Both the position numbers and the translations under genes were made by a program. Under the pieces are notes generated by a model that did not search any database, had not been told where the DNA came from, and saw only the letters and a program-made list of their open reading frames with translations. Below are positions 52,160-61,194 of a DNA stretch of 64,000 nucleotides, piece by piece. Origin of the DNA: an uncultured Ruminococcus sp. GTDB taxonomy: Bacteria; Bacillota; Clostridia; Oscillospirales; Acutalibacteraceae. Location of the stretch: contig CAZHDW010000013.1 in NCBI GenBank assembly GCA_964531265.1, positions 1,060 through 65,059 on the forward strand. The letters are read 5' to 3'. Each line of letters begins with the position of its first letter. Within the stretch, counting starts at the first letter, position 1.

Positions 52160-52212
52160 CCATATCCTTGCTCCGTTTAAAAGTACGGGGCCAAAGTCCA
52201 AAAGGAGGTGCA
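52160..52212 (+). promoter_or_regulatory. S6:S18 ribosomal protein leader (autogenous translational operator)
   Basis: Inner stem GCTCCGT/ACGGGGC, C-rich 3' linker, outer TCCTT pairing with the AAGGA Shine-Dalgarno of rpsF. Confidence 0.7.
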
Positions 52213-52215
52213 ATC

Positions 52216-52620
52216 ATGACAGAGGTAAAGAACAAGTACGAAACCGTGCTCGTCCTCTCCACAAAGCTTGGCGAGGAGGGCAACACAGAACTGGTTGAGA
52301 AGTTTAAGGCAACTATTGCGAACTACGGTACTGTCGAAAGCGTTGACGATTGGGGTAAGAGAAGACTCGCATACCCGATCAACAAGGAAACTGAGGGCTA
52401 CTACACTCTCATCAACTTCGAGAGCACACCGGATTTCACTGCTGAGCTGGACAGACGCTATAAGATCACTGAAGGCGTTCTCCGTTCCATCATCGTCAAG
52501 AAGGATCCGCGCTTTGCTAACGCTCCCGTGAAGACCCGCAAGGCTGCTGAGCCGAAGACCATCGATGTTGAGGCAGTTGCTGCTGAAGCTATCGAGGCAA
52601 ATGAGTCCGCTGCTGAATAA
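52216..52620 (+). CDS. rpsF: 30S ribosomal protein S6
   Basis: KYETVLV, DDWGKRRLAYPINK; Ala/Glu-rich C-terminal tail. Confidence 0.97.
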   Translation: MTEVKNKYETVLVLSTKLGEEGNTELVEKFKATIANYGTVESVDDWGKRRLAYPINKETEGYYTLINFESTPDFTAELDRRYKITEGVLRSIIVKKDPRFANAPVKTRKAAEPKTIDVEAVAAEAIEANESAAE

Positions 52621-52659
52621 TTTTAAACGTTTTTTTGAGACGAAAGAGAGTTGTTACCT

Positions 52660-53172
52660 ATGTTGAATGTTGCTGTTGTTATGGGCAGACTCGTCGCAGA
52701 TCCCGAGCTTCGCCACACACCCAATGATGTTGCTGTCACAAGCTTTACGCTTGCTGTGGACCGTTCCTACGTTAAGTCCGGAACTGAGCGCCAGACAGAT
52801 TTCATTGATATCGTTGCATGGCGCGGTACTGCTGATTTTGTATGTAAATATTTCCGCAAGGGACAGATGATGGCCGTTCACGGCTCCATTCAGACACGTA
52901 CCTACACGGATAAGGATGGCAACAAGCGTAAGGCATTCGAAATAGTTGCTGATGACGTTAACTTTGCCGATTCAAAGCGCAATGAGAACGGCGCAGGCAA
53001 CAACGCATACGGTGCCCCGTCCTACGGAAATTCTTCCTATGGCGGTTACGGTAACAGCGCAGCCGGAAATGAAATGCAGCGCCCGGCTTACAGCGAGCCC
53101 GCTCCCACCTATTCAAGTGGCAACAGCGGGGATTTCGAAGAGATCATCGGCGACGACGATTTGCCGTTCTGA
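52660..53172 (+). CDS. ssb: Single-stranded DNA-binding protein
   Basis: MLNV..MGRLVADPELR, C-terminal DDDLPF. Confidence 0.97.
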   Translation: MLNVAVVMGRLVADPELRHTPNDVAVTSFTLAVDRSYVKSGTERQTDFIDIVAWRGTADFVCKYFRKGQMMAVHGSIQTRTYTDKDGNKRKAFEIVADDVNFADSKRNENGAGNNAYGAPSYGNSSYGGYGNSAAGNEMQRPAYSEPAPTYSSGNSGDFEEIIGDDDLPF

Positions 53173-53211
53173 TGATTTCCGACACTACGATTATATAAGG
53201 AGGCTTTCGCA

Positions 53212-53463
53212 ATGGCAGACAGACCGGAGAGAGATAATCGCCGCGGTGGTCGCAAGAGCCGCAGAAAAGTTTGCAGCTTCTGCGTTGACAAGGCGGAATA
53301 TATCGATTACAAGGATGTTGCTAAGCTTCGCCGTTTTATTTCTGAAAGAGGAAAGATCCTGCCCAGAAGAGTTACGGGAACTTGTGCACATCATCAGCGT
53401 GGCCTGACAGTCGCTATCAAGCGTGCTCGTCACCTCGCTCTCCTGCCGTTCAGCAGCGACTAA
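53212..53463 (+). CDS. rpsR: 30S ribosomal protein S18 (zinc-binding form)
   Basis: [29 protein letters not shown]. Confidence 0.97.
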   Translation: MADRPERDNRRGGRKSRRKVCSFCVDKAEYIDYKDVAKLRRFISERGKILPRRVTGTCAHHQRGLTVAIKRARHLALLPFSSD

Positions 53464-53559
53464 TTCGCAGCTCAGGCAGAAACAACCGATATCGAGAGGA
53501 GATTTTTCATTTGAAAAGTCTCCTCTTTTGCTTTATTTTTATTAAGGAGGTACGGAAGA

Positions 53560-54363
53560 ATGAAGATATTTGACATGCATACTCACTGTTTTCCCGACAG
53601 TCTTGCTCCGCGTGCTCTGCCCCACCTCGCCGAGGTAGCTCAGAGCAGCTATAACGGCGACGGAACATACGGCTCGCTGTGCAGTAACGAGCTTGAGGGT
53701 GGCTGCTGTGGCGCAATGATGCTGCATATAGCAACAAAACCGTCCCAGATGGATTCGGTCAACAGATTCGCCGTTGAATGTCAAAACGGAAATTTCTACA
53801 GCTTCGGAAGTGTGTTTCCGATTGCGGATAATGCGGTAGAAATGCTGCATCACATCAAAAAGCTCGGCTTAAAGGGCGTTAAGCTCCACCCAGAGTACCA
53901 GGGCTTCTTTGTCGATGACCCCGCCGTCTTCCCCATTTATCAGGCCGCCGCGGAGCTTAAGCTGCCCATTACCTTTCACGCCGGCTACGATCCGTACTCT
54001 CCGAGCATTACCCACTGCACACCGAAGGCGCTTGCTTCAGTGGCCGATCGCTTTCCTGAGCTTACGATCATCGCCGCTCATATGGGCGGAATGAGGATGC
54101 CCGATGAAGTTGAGAAGCATATTGTCGGCAAAGCAAATGTCTATTTTGACACCGCATATGCAAGCTTTTTCCTGAATGCATCCGAGCTTAAAAGGCTCAT
54201 AAGGCTGCACGGAGCCGATAAGATTTTCTTCGCAACGGATTTTCCGTGGAGTACGGTCGAAGCCGAGCTTTCACTGCTGAAATCGTGCGATTTGACCGAC
54301 AAAGAGCTGAGCATGATATGCTTTGAAAATGCACAGCGCGTTTTCAACTTAGAGCTAAACTGA
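53560..54363 (+). CDS. Amidohydrolase_2 family metallohydrolase
   Basis: DMHTH, GVKLHP, AAHMGG, FATDFPW. Confidence 0.9.
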   Translation: MKIFDMHTHCFPDSLAPRALPHLAEVAQSSYNGDGTYGSLCSNELEGGCCGAMMLHIATKPSQMDSVNRFAVECQNGNFYSFGSVFPIADNAVEMLHHIKKLGLKGVKLHPEYQGFFVDDPAVFPIYQAAAELKLPITFHAGYDPYSPSITHCTPKALASVADRFPELTIIAAHMGGMRMPDEVEKHIVGKANVYFDTAYASFFLNASELKRLIRLHGADKIFFATDFPWSTVEAELSLLKSCDLTDKELSMICFENAQRVFNLELN

Positions 54364-54401
54364 TTTAAGGAGCACCGTTTTATCCGGTGCTCCTTCCTTT
54401 T

Positions 54402-54845
54402 TTACAGACATTCTCTTATTTCCAGGCTCAGGCGTTCCTCCTGATTGATAAGGCGCTTTGCAATATCCTTAACGCATTCCTCCGCCGCTTCATATTCATT
54501 CAAATAGCGATTCAGCGACTTCACTCCCATATTGCAACCGTCAGTCATCAGATCAGCTATGGTATTGTCCGAGCTATCCATGATCAGCTTGACATTTGTT
54601 TTTATCCATGACATGCCCTGTACAACGGGATTAGGAGCCTTCCCCTCATCGTGATATCTATTCAGCAGCAATTGTATTTCTTTATCCAGTTCGCTGTGCT
54701 CATCACGGCATTTTTCAAGGCTCTTGCGAAAGCTTTGATTTTTTACATGGGGCAGCACCTCATCGATAGATGTAATCCCCATCCTAACTCCCGAATCGCA
54801 CTCTCTAAGCAACCGTATGGTATCATTTTCTATCACGGTTAACAC
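54402..54845 (-). CDS. Ferritin-like four-helix protein, probably forespore-expressed
   Basis: Helical pattern LLREC..G..MG / LMTDGCNMG; sigmaG-type promoter upstream. Confidence 0.7.
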   Translation of the reverse strand: MLTVIENDTIRLLRECDSGVRMGITSIDEVLPHVKNQSFRKSLEKCRDEHSELDKEIQLLLNRYHDEGKAPNPVVQGMSWIKTNVKLIMDSSDNTIADLMTDGCNMGVKSLNRYLNEYEAAEECVKDIAKRLINQEERLSLEIRECL

Positions 54846-54861
54846 GTCCTTTCCGTGACGA

Positions 54862-54890
54862 TAGTATGCCCAATCCGCTCGATACTATGC
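54862..54890 (-). promoter_or_regulatory. sigmaG-type promoter
   Basis: Minus strand GCATA-N17-CATACTA. Confidence 0.72.
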
Positions 54891-54979
54891 GAACGCTTTC
54901 AATCAATATCTATGCAGACAAAAAAAGAACGCTGTATACTTGAAGTATACAGCGTTCTGACTTTATTCATATATTATTG

Positions 54980-57409
54980 TCAACCATCAACCGACGGATC
55001 GGGCACCGCTGTGGGCACCGGAGTTGGAATCTCAGTCGGTGCGGGAGTTGTCGGCACAGCGGTCGGCTCCTGGGTTGGCTCAACAGTGGGCGTCGGGCTC
55101 GGGGACGGGCTCGGAGAAGGACTCGTATTCTCCTTTGTAAGGTGGTCGGTAGTACCGTCACATCTTGCAGGAATGTTATCCTTCGCATACCAGCCGTATG
55201 CTCTGTCCGGACAAAGTCCCTCTTCCTCAGAGCAGCGCAGTCCGCTATCACGGCAGAATTCTATTCTTACAAGGTTGTCGCTTATCGGATAAGATCCGCT
55301 ATGCAGCAGACCGTTGAAGTTCTCATCAAGCCAATCGATGATACCGATATACATCTTCTTGGCACTGTTTGTATCGGTAACACGGCTCTTTGTTTCATGG
55401 CCGTTCCAAATACCGCACACAAGGGACGGTGCGGCACCCATGTACCAGACGTCGCACTCGTCATCGGTGGTACCGGTCTTGCCTATCTGGTCAAGGTCTG
55501 AACGATAAACCTGCCATGCCGTTGCATAAGCACCCTCAACACCGATAAGGGGCAGGTGGAGCAGCTTGTTCATGATACTTGCCGTGTCGTAGGATATGAC
55601 CTGCTCTGCCATGCGATCCTGATAATCGTACAGAACATTGCCCTCGTGATCCTCTATACGGTAGATAGTGTACGGCTCGTAGAACTTACCGCCATTGCCG
55701 AATATCTGGTACGCACCGGTCATCTCTCGAACAGTAACGCCGTTTTCAAGACCACCCAGTGAAACACCGCCGAGGTTTGTGGAGTCGGCCTCGGTAAGAG
55801 TTGTCAGGTGGAGCTTCTGAGTCAAGAAATCATAGCTCGATATTGCCGACATCTGGTTAAGGAGCTGAACGACCGGAGCGTTGAGGGACTCTGTAAGAGC
55901 CCTGTCAACATTGACATAGCCCGTCTTATTATACGTACCGCTGAAGTTTCTCGGGCCCGCCTTACCTGCGCCGCCGTAGTTCGGCAGAGGCTGATCCTTG
56001 AGCAGTGAGCCGTAGGTGATGTACTGATTTTCGACACCGAGTGCATATACGCCTATCGGCTTAATGGAAGAACCGGGCTGGTTTTTGGAATTGGATACAA
56101 GGCTGAACTCTCGTCTGCCCTGCTTCTCCGCAATATTTCCCTCGTCATCGAGCTTATTGGAGTTTACTGCCAATATTCTTCCGTCATACTCCATGAGACA
56201 GGCCGCAGACCAGATATTGCTGTCGGATGAGAACTCCTGCCAGTTTTCCCGAAGCATGGACTCAAAACCCTCCTGCAACGGAACATACTGCGCAGAATAG
56301 ATTTTCAGACCGCCGTTGTACATCAGATCGATAGCGTTATCATAATCGATGTTGCAATATTCCTGAAGCAGGTTGTATGCGTCCTTGAATACCTCTTCAT
56401 CATACCAGTTCCACGTATTTGCAGATGTATTATCGTCGGAATCCCCATCATCATCGGCGTCGAAATCAATGCCTCTCAGCTTCAGATTTGCGGACTGCTC
56501 CATAGCCTCCTCATATTCGGCTCTGGTTATCATTTCCTGATTATACATCTCGAGAATAACGGTCTCACGGCGAGTACGATTCTTTTCGGGGAAATAGAAA
56601 ACATTAAGGCCGTACGGATTCTTGGTGGTAGCGGCTATCGTAGCACACTCCGCAATATTGCAATCCCATATATCCTTGCCGAAATATCCCTTGGCGGCAG
56701 CCTGTACGCCATAATAGCCGTTGCCGTAGTTGACAAAATTCAAATACGCCTCAAGTATCTCGTCCTTGGTATACTCTTTTTCGAGATTCAGCGCCATGAA
56801 GATTTCCTTGATCTTTCTCATGATGCTGACCTGATTTTCACCCGTCAGGTTTTTTATGAGCTGCTGAGTGATAGTGGAGCCGCCGGAGGTGCCGGTTCCT
56901 GTAGCAAGCTGAACCACAGCACGACCGGTACCGACCCAGTCAACACCGTCATGCTCATAGAAGCGCTTGTCCTCTATCGCGACCATGGCATCCTTCATTA
57001 TCTGCGGTATCTCTGTGAAATCCACGCGAGTACGTATCTCCGTGGAGTACAGCTTCTCATGCTCGCGCCACTGAGCGGTATCAACACTATCTATATGAAG
57101 CTGATCGGTAACATAGATGGTGCTTGATTCTTTAAGCTTAAAGGTGGACAGGCTAACGGGCATCTTGGTATCGTGATAGCTCCAGATGACCGACAGCACA
57201 CTGAACAGCACAAGACAACCGGAAATGGCGGCAATGCAGAAAAATGTCTTTAACAGCTTAAAGATCATTGAAACCAGAGTACCGGCCGTTGCACCGGCCG
57301 ATCTGGCCATTTCGCCATCCGTGCGTCCCATGGGAGCGCCGTTCTGACGGACAGTGTTATACTTATTTATATCCTCTTTATTCAACACAATGGTCACCAC
57401 GCCCTGCAT
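54980..57409 (-). CDS. Class A penicillin-binding protein (transglycosylase/transpeptidase)
   Basis: EDKRFYEHDG, GGSTITQQL, QPGSSIK, SLN, GKTGT; Pro/Thr-rich C-terminal tail; start uncertain. Confidence 0.94.
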   Translation of the reverse strand: MQGVVTIVLNKEDINKYNTVRQNGAPMGRTDGEMARSAGATAGTLVSMIFKLLKTFFCIAAISGCLVLFSVLSVIWSYHDTKMPVSLSTFKLKESSTIYVTDQLHIDSVDTAQWREHEKLYSTEIRTRVDFTEIPQIMKDAMVAIEDKRFYEHDGVDWVGTGRAVVQLATGTGTSGGSTITQQLIKNLTGENQVSIMRKIKEIFMALNLEKEYTKDEILEAYLNFVNYGNGYYGVQAAAKGYFGKDIWDCNIAECATIAATTKNPYGLNVFYFPEKNRTRRETVILEMYNQEMITRAEYEEAMEQSANLKLRGIDFDADDDGDSDDNTSANTWNWYDEEVFKDAYNLLQEYCNIDYDNAIDLMYNGGLKIYSAQYVPLQEGFESMLRENWQEFSSDSNIWSAACLMEYDGRILAVNSNKLDDEGNIAEKQGRREFSLVSNSKNQPGSSIKPIGVYALGVENQYITYGSLLKDQPLPNYGGAGKAGPRNFSGTYNKTGYVNVDRALTESLNAPVVQLLNQMSAISSYDFLTQKLHLTTLTEADSTNLGGVSLGGLENGVTVREMTGAYQIFGNGGKFYEPYTIYRIEDHEGNVLYDYQDRMAEQVISYDTASIMNKLLHLPLIGVEGAYATAWQVYRSDLDQIGKTGTTDDECDVWYMGAAPSLVCGIWNGHETKSRVTDTNSAKKMYIGIIDWLDENFNGLLHSGSYPISDNLVRIEFCRDSGLRCSEEEGLCPDRAYGWYAKDNIPARCDGTTDHLTKENTSPSPSPSPSPTPTVEPTQEPTAVPTTPAPTEIPTPVPTAVPDPSVDG

Positions 57410-57547
57410 AAAAGCAAAGGGTATCCTTTCCTGAGAATAAAAATGTTTTCCGGATTCGACACAGCACGAATGCTTTACCATTTTCTGCCGATACTATGTG
57501 CGAGATATCAACCGGCAGCAAACCTTGGAAGTGAAAGGAAATCCACT

Positions 57548-57955
57548 ATGAATATGTATAGAAAAGCGTTACAGTATCTTTCCACACACAGGCAGATTCC
57601 CCGGGTCCTACTTCTGCTTGCGGCAATTATTTTCGCCGCAGTGCTCTGTGTATACGAGCCCAAAACGGTTCCGGTGGGAACACAGGAAAACAACTCAGTT
57701 TATTATAGTCCAAACGAAACTTCAAGTCAAGAAACCACGGCTTCCTCCGGGACAAATTCAAAAAATATTAAGAATTATACCGTGCGGCTCTGCGACAGAA
57801 CCATAGGCATATTCGAAAGCGGCAACAACTCACCTATATACGCAATAAGCATACGCCCCGAGCACCTGCCGCAGGCCGACCGCAGTCTGCTGGAGATCGG
57901 CATTCGCGCAGATTCGCTCGACGAGGCCTACCGTATAATCGAAGACTATGAATAA
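57548..57955 (+). CDS. BofC C-terminal-domain-like protein with N-terminal anchor
   Basis: One TM helix, then YTVR...IGIFE...LPQADRSLLEIGI..DS..EA..IIEDY. Confidence 0.65.
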   Translation: MNMYRKALQYLSTHRQIPRVLLLLAAIIFAAVLCVYEPKTVPVGTQENNSVYYSPNETSSQETTASSGTNSKNIKNYTVRLCDRTIGIFESGNNSPIYAISIRPEHLPQADRSLLEIGIRADSLDEAYRIIEDYE

Positions 57956-57994
57956 GCTAAGGGCGTCCGTCACCGGACGCCCCACTCTGTGCTA

Positions 57995-58180
57995 TTACTT
58001 CATGCCCTTCTCGTAGGACTCTATCATTTTCTTGACCATCTGGCCGCCGATAGAGCCGGCCTGCTTGGAGGTGAGGTCGCCGTTGTAGCCCTGCTTGAGG
58101 TTGACGCCAACTTCGTTTGCGGCCTGCATCTTGAACTGATTCATTGCTTCCTTTGCTTCGGGAACCATTTTGTTACTCAT
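57995..58180 (-). CDS. Alpha/beta-type small acid-soluble spore protein
   Basis: FKMQAANEVGV...GDLTSKQAGSIGGQMVK. Confidence 0.95.
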   Translation of the reverse strand: MSNKMVPEAKEAMNQFKMQAANEVGVNLKQGYNGDLTSKQAGSIGGQMVKKMIESYEKGMK

Positions 58181-58221
58181 TTTGTTTTTCTCCTTCAATC
58201 ATTTCTCGCGTTTGCTGTTAC

Positions 58222-58250
58222 TATTGTGATTTCGGAGATGAGCTTTATTC
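58222..58250 (-). promoter_or_regulatory. sigmaG-type promoter of the SASP gene
   Basis: Minus strand GAATA-N17-CACAATA. Confidence 0.7.
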
Positions 58251-58408
58251 ATGACAATTTTTTCAAGATTTCGAAGATTTTTTCATCGTGCGCTTTCTGC
58301 ACTTCTCTCCCCCATCGTCCTCGCTCTGCTCGCTTTTGCTTTCCGAGAAGGATAATTACAATCGTCAGCTGAGGTTTTCCTATGCTAAGTCGTACTTCCC
58401 TAATACTA

Positions 58409-58437
58409 TTGACGTTGAAACATTTTAGTAATATACT
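58409..58437 (+). promoter_or_regulatory. sigmaA promoter upstream of the TnpB-like remnant
   Basis: TTGACG-N17-TATACT, followed by GGAGG and GTG at 58469. Confidence 0.75.
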
Positions 58438-58468
58438 ATATGTATCATTAAGGAACGGAGGGATTCCT

Positions 58469-58801
58469 GTGGCATGCAGCACTACTGATACATTTTGCTT
58501 AACATTACCGCTTAAGCTGGAAAAATGTCAGGAAGACCGCCTGTCCAAAAGGTTCGAAATAGCTCGTCAAATCTATAACACATTAGTCAGCTATGAATTA
58601 AAGAAAAAGCATTAAATAGAGAACTCCAAAGAATTCAGAGCGCTAAAAAAGCAAATGGCTGAACTTGATATCAAGTCAAATGTTCAGAACAGAAAGCAAT
58701 ATAACAAGTTGAAAGCCCAGTGCAGAAACCTTTATAGAGATGGTATCAAAGAAAAAGATAATAGCAGCAACAATGAACAAAACACGAAATACATAAGATA
58801 A
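58469..58801 (+). pseudogene. IS200/IS605 TnpB-like RNA-guided nuclease, N-terminal remnant
   Basis: FCLTLPLKLEKCQEDRLSKRFEIARQIYNTL resembles the N-terminus of long clostridial TnpB-family proteins; in-frame TAA at 58613; frame ends at 58801 with no RuvC motifs. Confidence 0.62.
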
Positions 58802-58824
58802 AGCGAAAAAATATGCTAACTTAA

Positions 58825-59055
58825 AAACCCGGTGCAGTTCGCACCAAACAAACCGATCGATTGTCCGTCCGAGGCTACCGCTAATGGCAACATAGGTTGC
58901 TTTGGTAGCAGAAGAGCTTAGGAACATAGTCAATGCTTGAGAGCATTTTCGCGTCTCTTGAAAAACTATCAACCAACTCACAGCACATTTCACAAAACGG
59001 TACATTCATCTTGTGCATTTTCGCCGATGCACTCTGTGCAAAGCGTGCTGATGGA
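58825..59055 (+). ncRNA. Hairpin-rich non-coding tract, candidate omegaRNA scaffold
   Basis: Several stems read directly (see findings); no credible + strand ORF. Confidence 0.4.
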
Positions 59056-59092
59056 AGTAAATAGTACAGGAGATACCTAAAAGAGGTAAATT

Positions 59093-59518
59093 ATGATAAG
59101 AGAGCTGATACATGAACCGATATTCCTTGCAGGAAAGTCAGAGCCTGCTACTCATGAAGATTTGCAGGCGGCACAGGATCTTCTGGACACGCTGACCGCG
59201 CACCGCGAAGCCTGTGTCGGAATGGCCGCAAATATGATAGGCATTCGCAAATGCATTATTGCGTTCCTGGATGAAAGTGGCAAGAAGCCCACATACACCG
59301 TGATGCTGAACCCGGTCATTCTCAAGAAGGATCAGCCCTATGACACCGAGGAGGGCTGTCTGTCGCTTCTCGGCGGCCCGCGCAAATGCAAGCGATATCG
59401 AAGCATAAAGGTTCAGTACCTGACCACCGAAATGCAACAGCGCATTAAAAGCTACAGCGGCTTTACCGCTCAAATAATTCAGCATGAGATCGACCACTGC
59501 AACGGCGTTCTTATCTGA
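59093..59518 (+). CDS. def: Peptide deformylase, short atypical form
   Basis: EGCLS and QHEIDHCNG motifs; motif 1 reads CVGMAANMIG. Confidence 0.88.
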   Translation: MIRELIHEPIFLAGKSEPATHEDLQAAQDLLDTLTAHREACVGMAANMIGIRKCIIAFLDESGKKPTYTVMLNPVILKKDQPYDTEEGCLSLLGGPRKCKRYRSIKVQYLTTEMQQRIKSYSGFTAQIIQHEIDHCNGVLI

Positions 59519-59673
59519 TGCTTTCCCCCTCTCACATTCCGGTGAAAAACGTCTGTAATTAACACTAAAATGCCGTGCAGCCAAAGCAGCTGCGCGGCAT
59601 TTATTGTAAACAGAAGCTCATTCAGATATACTTTTAGAAACAAAAAACCGAGTATCCAAAAGGATACTCGGTT

Positions 59674-59757
59674 TGGTGCGCGAAACGGGACTTGAACCCG
59701 TACGTCAGAGACACACGCCCCTCAAACGTGCCTGTCTGCCAATTCCAGCACTCGCGC
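59674..59757 (-). tRNA. tRNA-Leu(GAG)
   Basis: GCGCGAGTGCTGGAATTGGCAGAC...CACGTTT-GAG-GGGCGTG, long variable arm, GGTTCAAGTCC, ACCA; terminator at about 59642-59673. Confidence 0.95.
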
Positions 59758-59810
59758 TCAACACGAGATATTATATCAGCAAACCCGACGTTTGTCAATA
59801 GTTTTTTCAA

Positions 59811-61136
59811 TTATTCTACTATGATTGTGTCCTGCTCTGCTATTCTCTCGGAAAGCAGCATTTGCACGGGTGTTTCTTTCGTATATGGATGCCAGATCGG
59901 GAGCTCTTCCCCGTTCGGGTCGCCGGACTTTGCGAAATTAGCCCAATAAGCGGACATCGCTTTTTCAAGCTTATAGTCACATTCCTCCCACGGACGCCAT
60001 GCTCTGTCCAGCGTATGGAATTCGTACCACAGCTCAGAAGAATGGAAAGCACCTGCATCGTCCCCCGGAAGCTTACGGTTGAAATAGTACAGATAGGCCG
60101 GTTTTCTCCCGAGCTTTATCTGATTATCTCCCCACATAACGGCGCTTCTCTCAAGCAGGCGTGTCTCAAAACCGATGTCGTTTCCGGTGGAACCGATCAT
60201 GTAGTCGATATCGTGAGCATTTCCGTTGAGCGCCGCTGCATCGGTATTCTCGGTGAGAAGAACTCCGTCCACTACAGGGCTCCAGCCAAGGCCGCCGTCA
60301 TCCGATTGTATAGTATACTGCACATCGGCAATCCTTTCCGCAGGTATTTTTCTCATATCCTCAATGGTTTCGGCACCGAGCGCCTCCATGAGCTTTCTTG
60401 CCACTGCTTCACGGGATTCTGGTGAACCACCACCACCCAGGGCCTTGATTCCACCGCCACTCTGCAAAATGGCGCGCTTTATCTTGCCCTCTGTGAGCTT
60501 AGAGGATATCAGTATCTGCACGCTCATGCAACCTGCTGACTGACCTGCAACCGTGATATTATCCGGGTCACCGCCGAATGCGGAAATATTCTCGCGAACC
60601 CAATCAAGTGCGGCTATCTGGTCATAGATGCCGTAATTGCCGGATATCCCCTCTTCGTTCTCAGCCGCCAGTTCGGGGTGAACCATGAAGCCCAGCGCGC
60701 CTACACGATAATTTATGGAGACGAAAATCACGCCGTTGCGGGCAAATTGCTCACCGTCAAATTCCTTTTCAGCGCCGCATCCATGCAGGAACGCACCACC
60801 GTGTATCCAGAAAAACACCGGCAGCTTGCCGGCTGTTCTGTTAGCAGGCGTCCAGATATTCAGGTACAGGCAATCCTCGTTTCTTGCGATCTTCTCATCC
60901 GTATAGAATTCCTTTGCATAGAAGCCCTCGCGTGTAAGATCAGCCTGCGGAGCTTTTGCCGAAAACTCCTTGGCCTCGCGAACACCCTCCCAGGATTTCT
61001 TCGGCTGCGGACGCTTCCATCTGAGCTCGCCCACTGGCGCCTCGGCGTACGGAACGCCCTTAAAAACCACCGACTGACGGTCGGCCGAAGCATAGCCCTC
61101 CAGCTTTCCCTGATGAACCTCAACTACGGTTTGCAT
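59811..61136 (-). CDS. Type-B carboxylesterase (COesterase)
   Basis: EDCLYLNIW, HGGAF, GQSAG nucleophile elbow, GAFHSSEL. Confidence 0.93.
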   Translation of the reverse strand: MQTVVEVHQGKLEGYASADRQSVVFKGVPYAEAPVGELRWKRPQPKKSWEGVREAKEFSAKAPQADLTREGFYAKEFYTDEKIARNEDCLYLNIWTPANRTAGKLPVFFWIHGGAFLHGCGAEKEFDGEQFARNGVIFVSINYRVGALGFMVHPELAAENEEGISGNYGIYDQIAALDWVRENISAFGGDPDNITVAGQSAGCMSVQILISSKLTEGKIKRAILQSGGGIKALGGGGSPESREAVARKLMEALGAETIEDMRKIPAERIADVQYTIQSDDGGLGWSPVVDGVLLTENTDAAALNGNAHDIDYMIGSTGNDIGFETRLLERSAVMWGDNQIKLGRKPAYLYYFNRKLPGDDAGAFHSSELWYEFHTLDRAWRPWEECDYKLEKAMSAYWANFAKSGDPNGEELPIWHPYTKETPVQMLLSERIAEQDTIIVE

Positions 61137-61194
61137 TACAACTCCTCCAAACATATTTATTCAGAGCCGCACGATACAGCTCATGTAAAACAAA

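Noticed and set aside
52114-52215. N-terminal extension on S6 in the ORF track, and similar extensions at 26794, 45200, 45768, 57443 and 29389
   Set aside because: These are upstream in-frame starts without an RBS; strong SD sequences mark the downstream starts used here.
54985-55125. Short tandem-like repeats
   Set aside because: They encode the Pro/Ser/Thr-rich PBP tail (PSPSPSPTP...), an ordinary low-complexity linker.
58800-59090. CRISPR array or Cas12f locus
   Set aside because: No regularly spaced direct repeats and no cas1/cas2 were seen.
59640-59757. tRNA-Leu as an integration site
   Set aside because: The terminator abuts the CCA end and I saw no duplicate of the tRNA 3' end.
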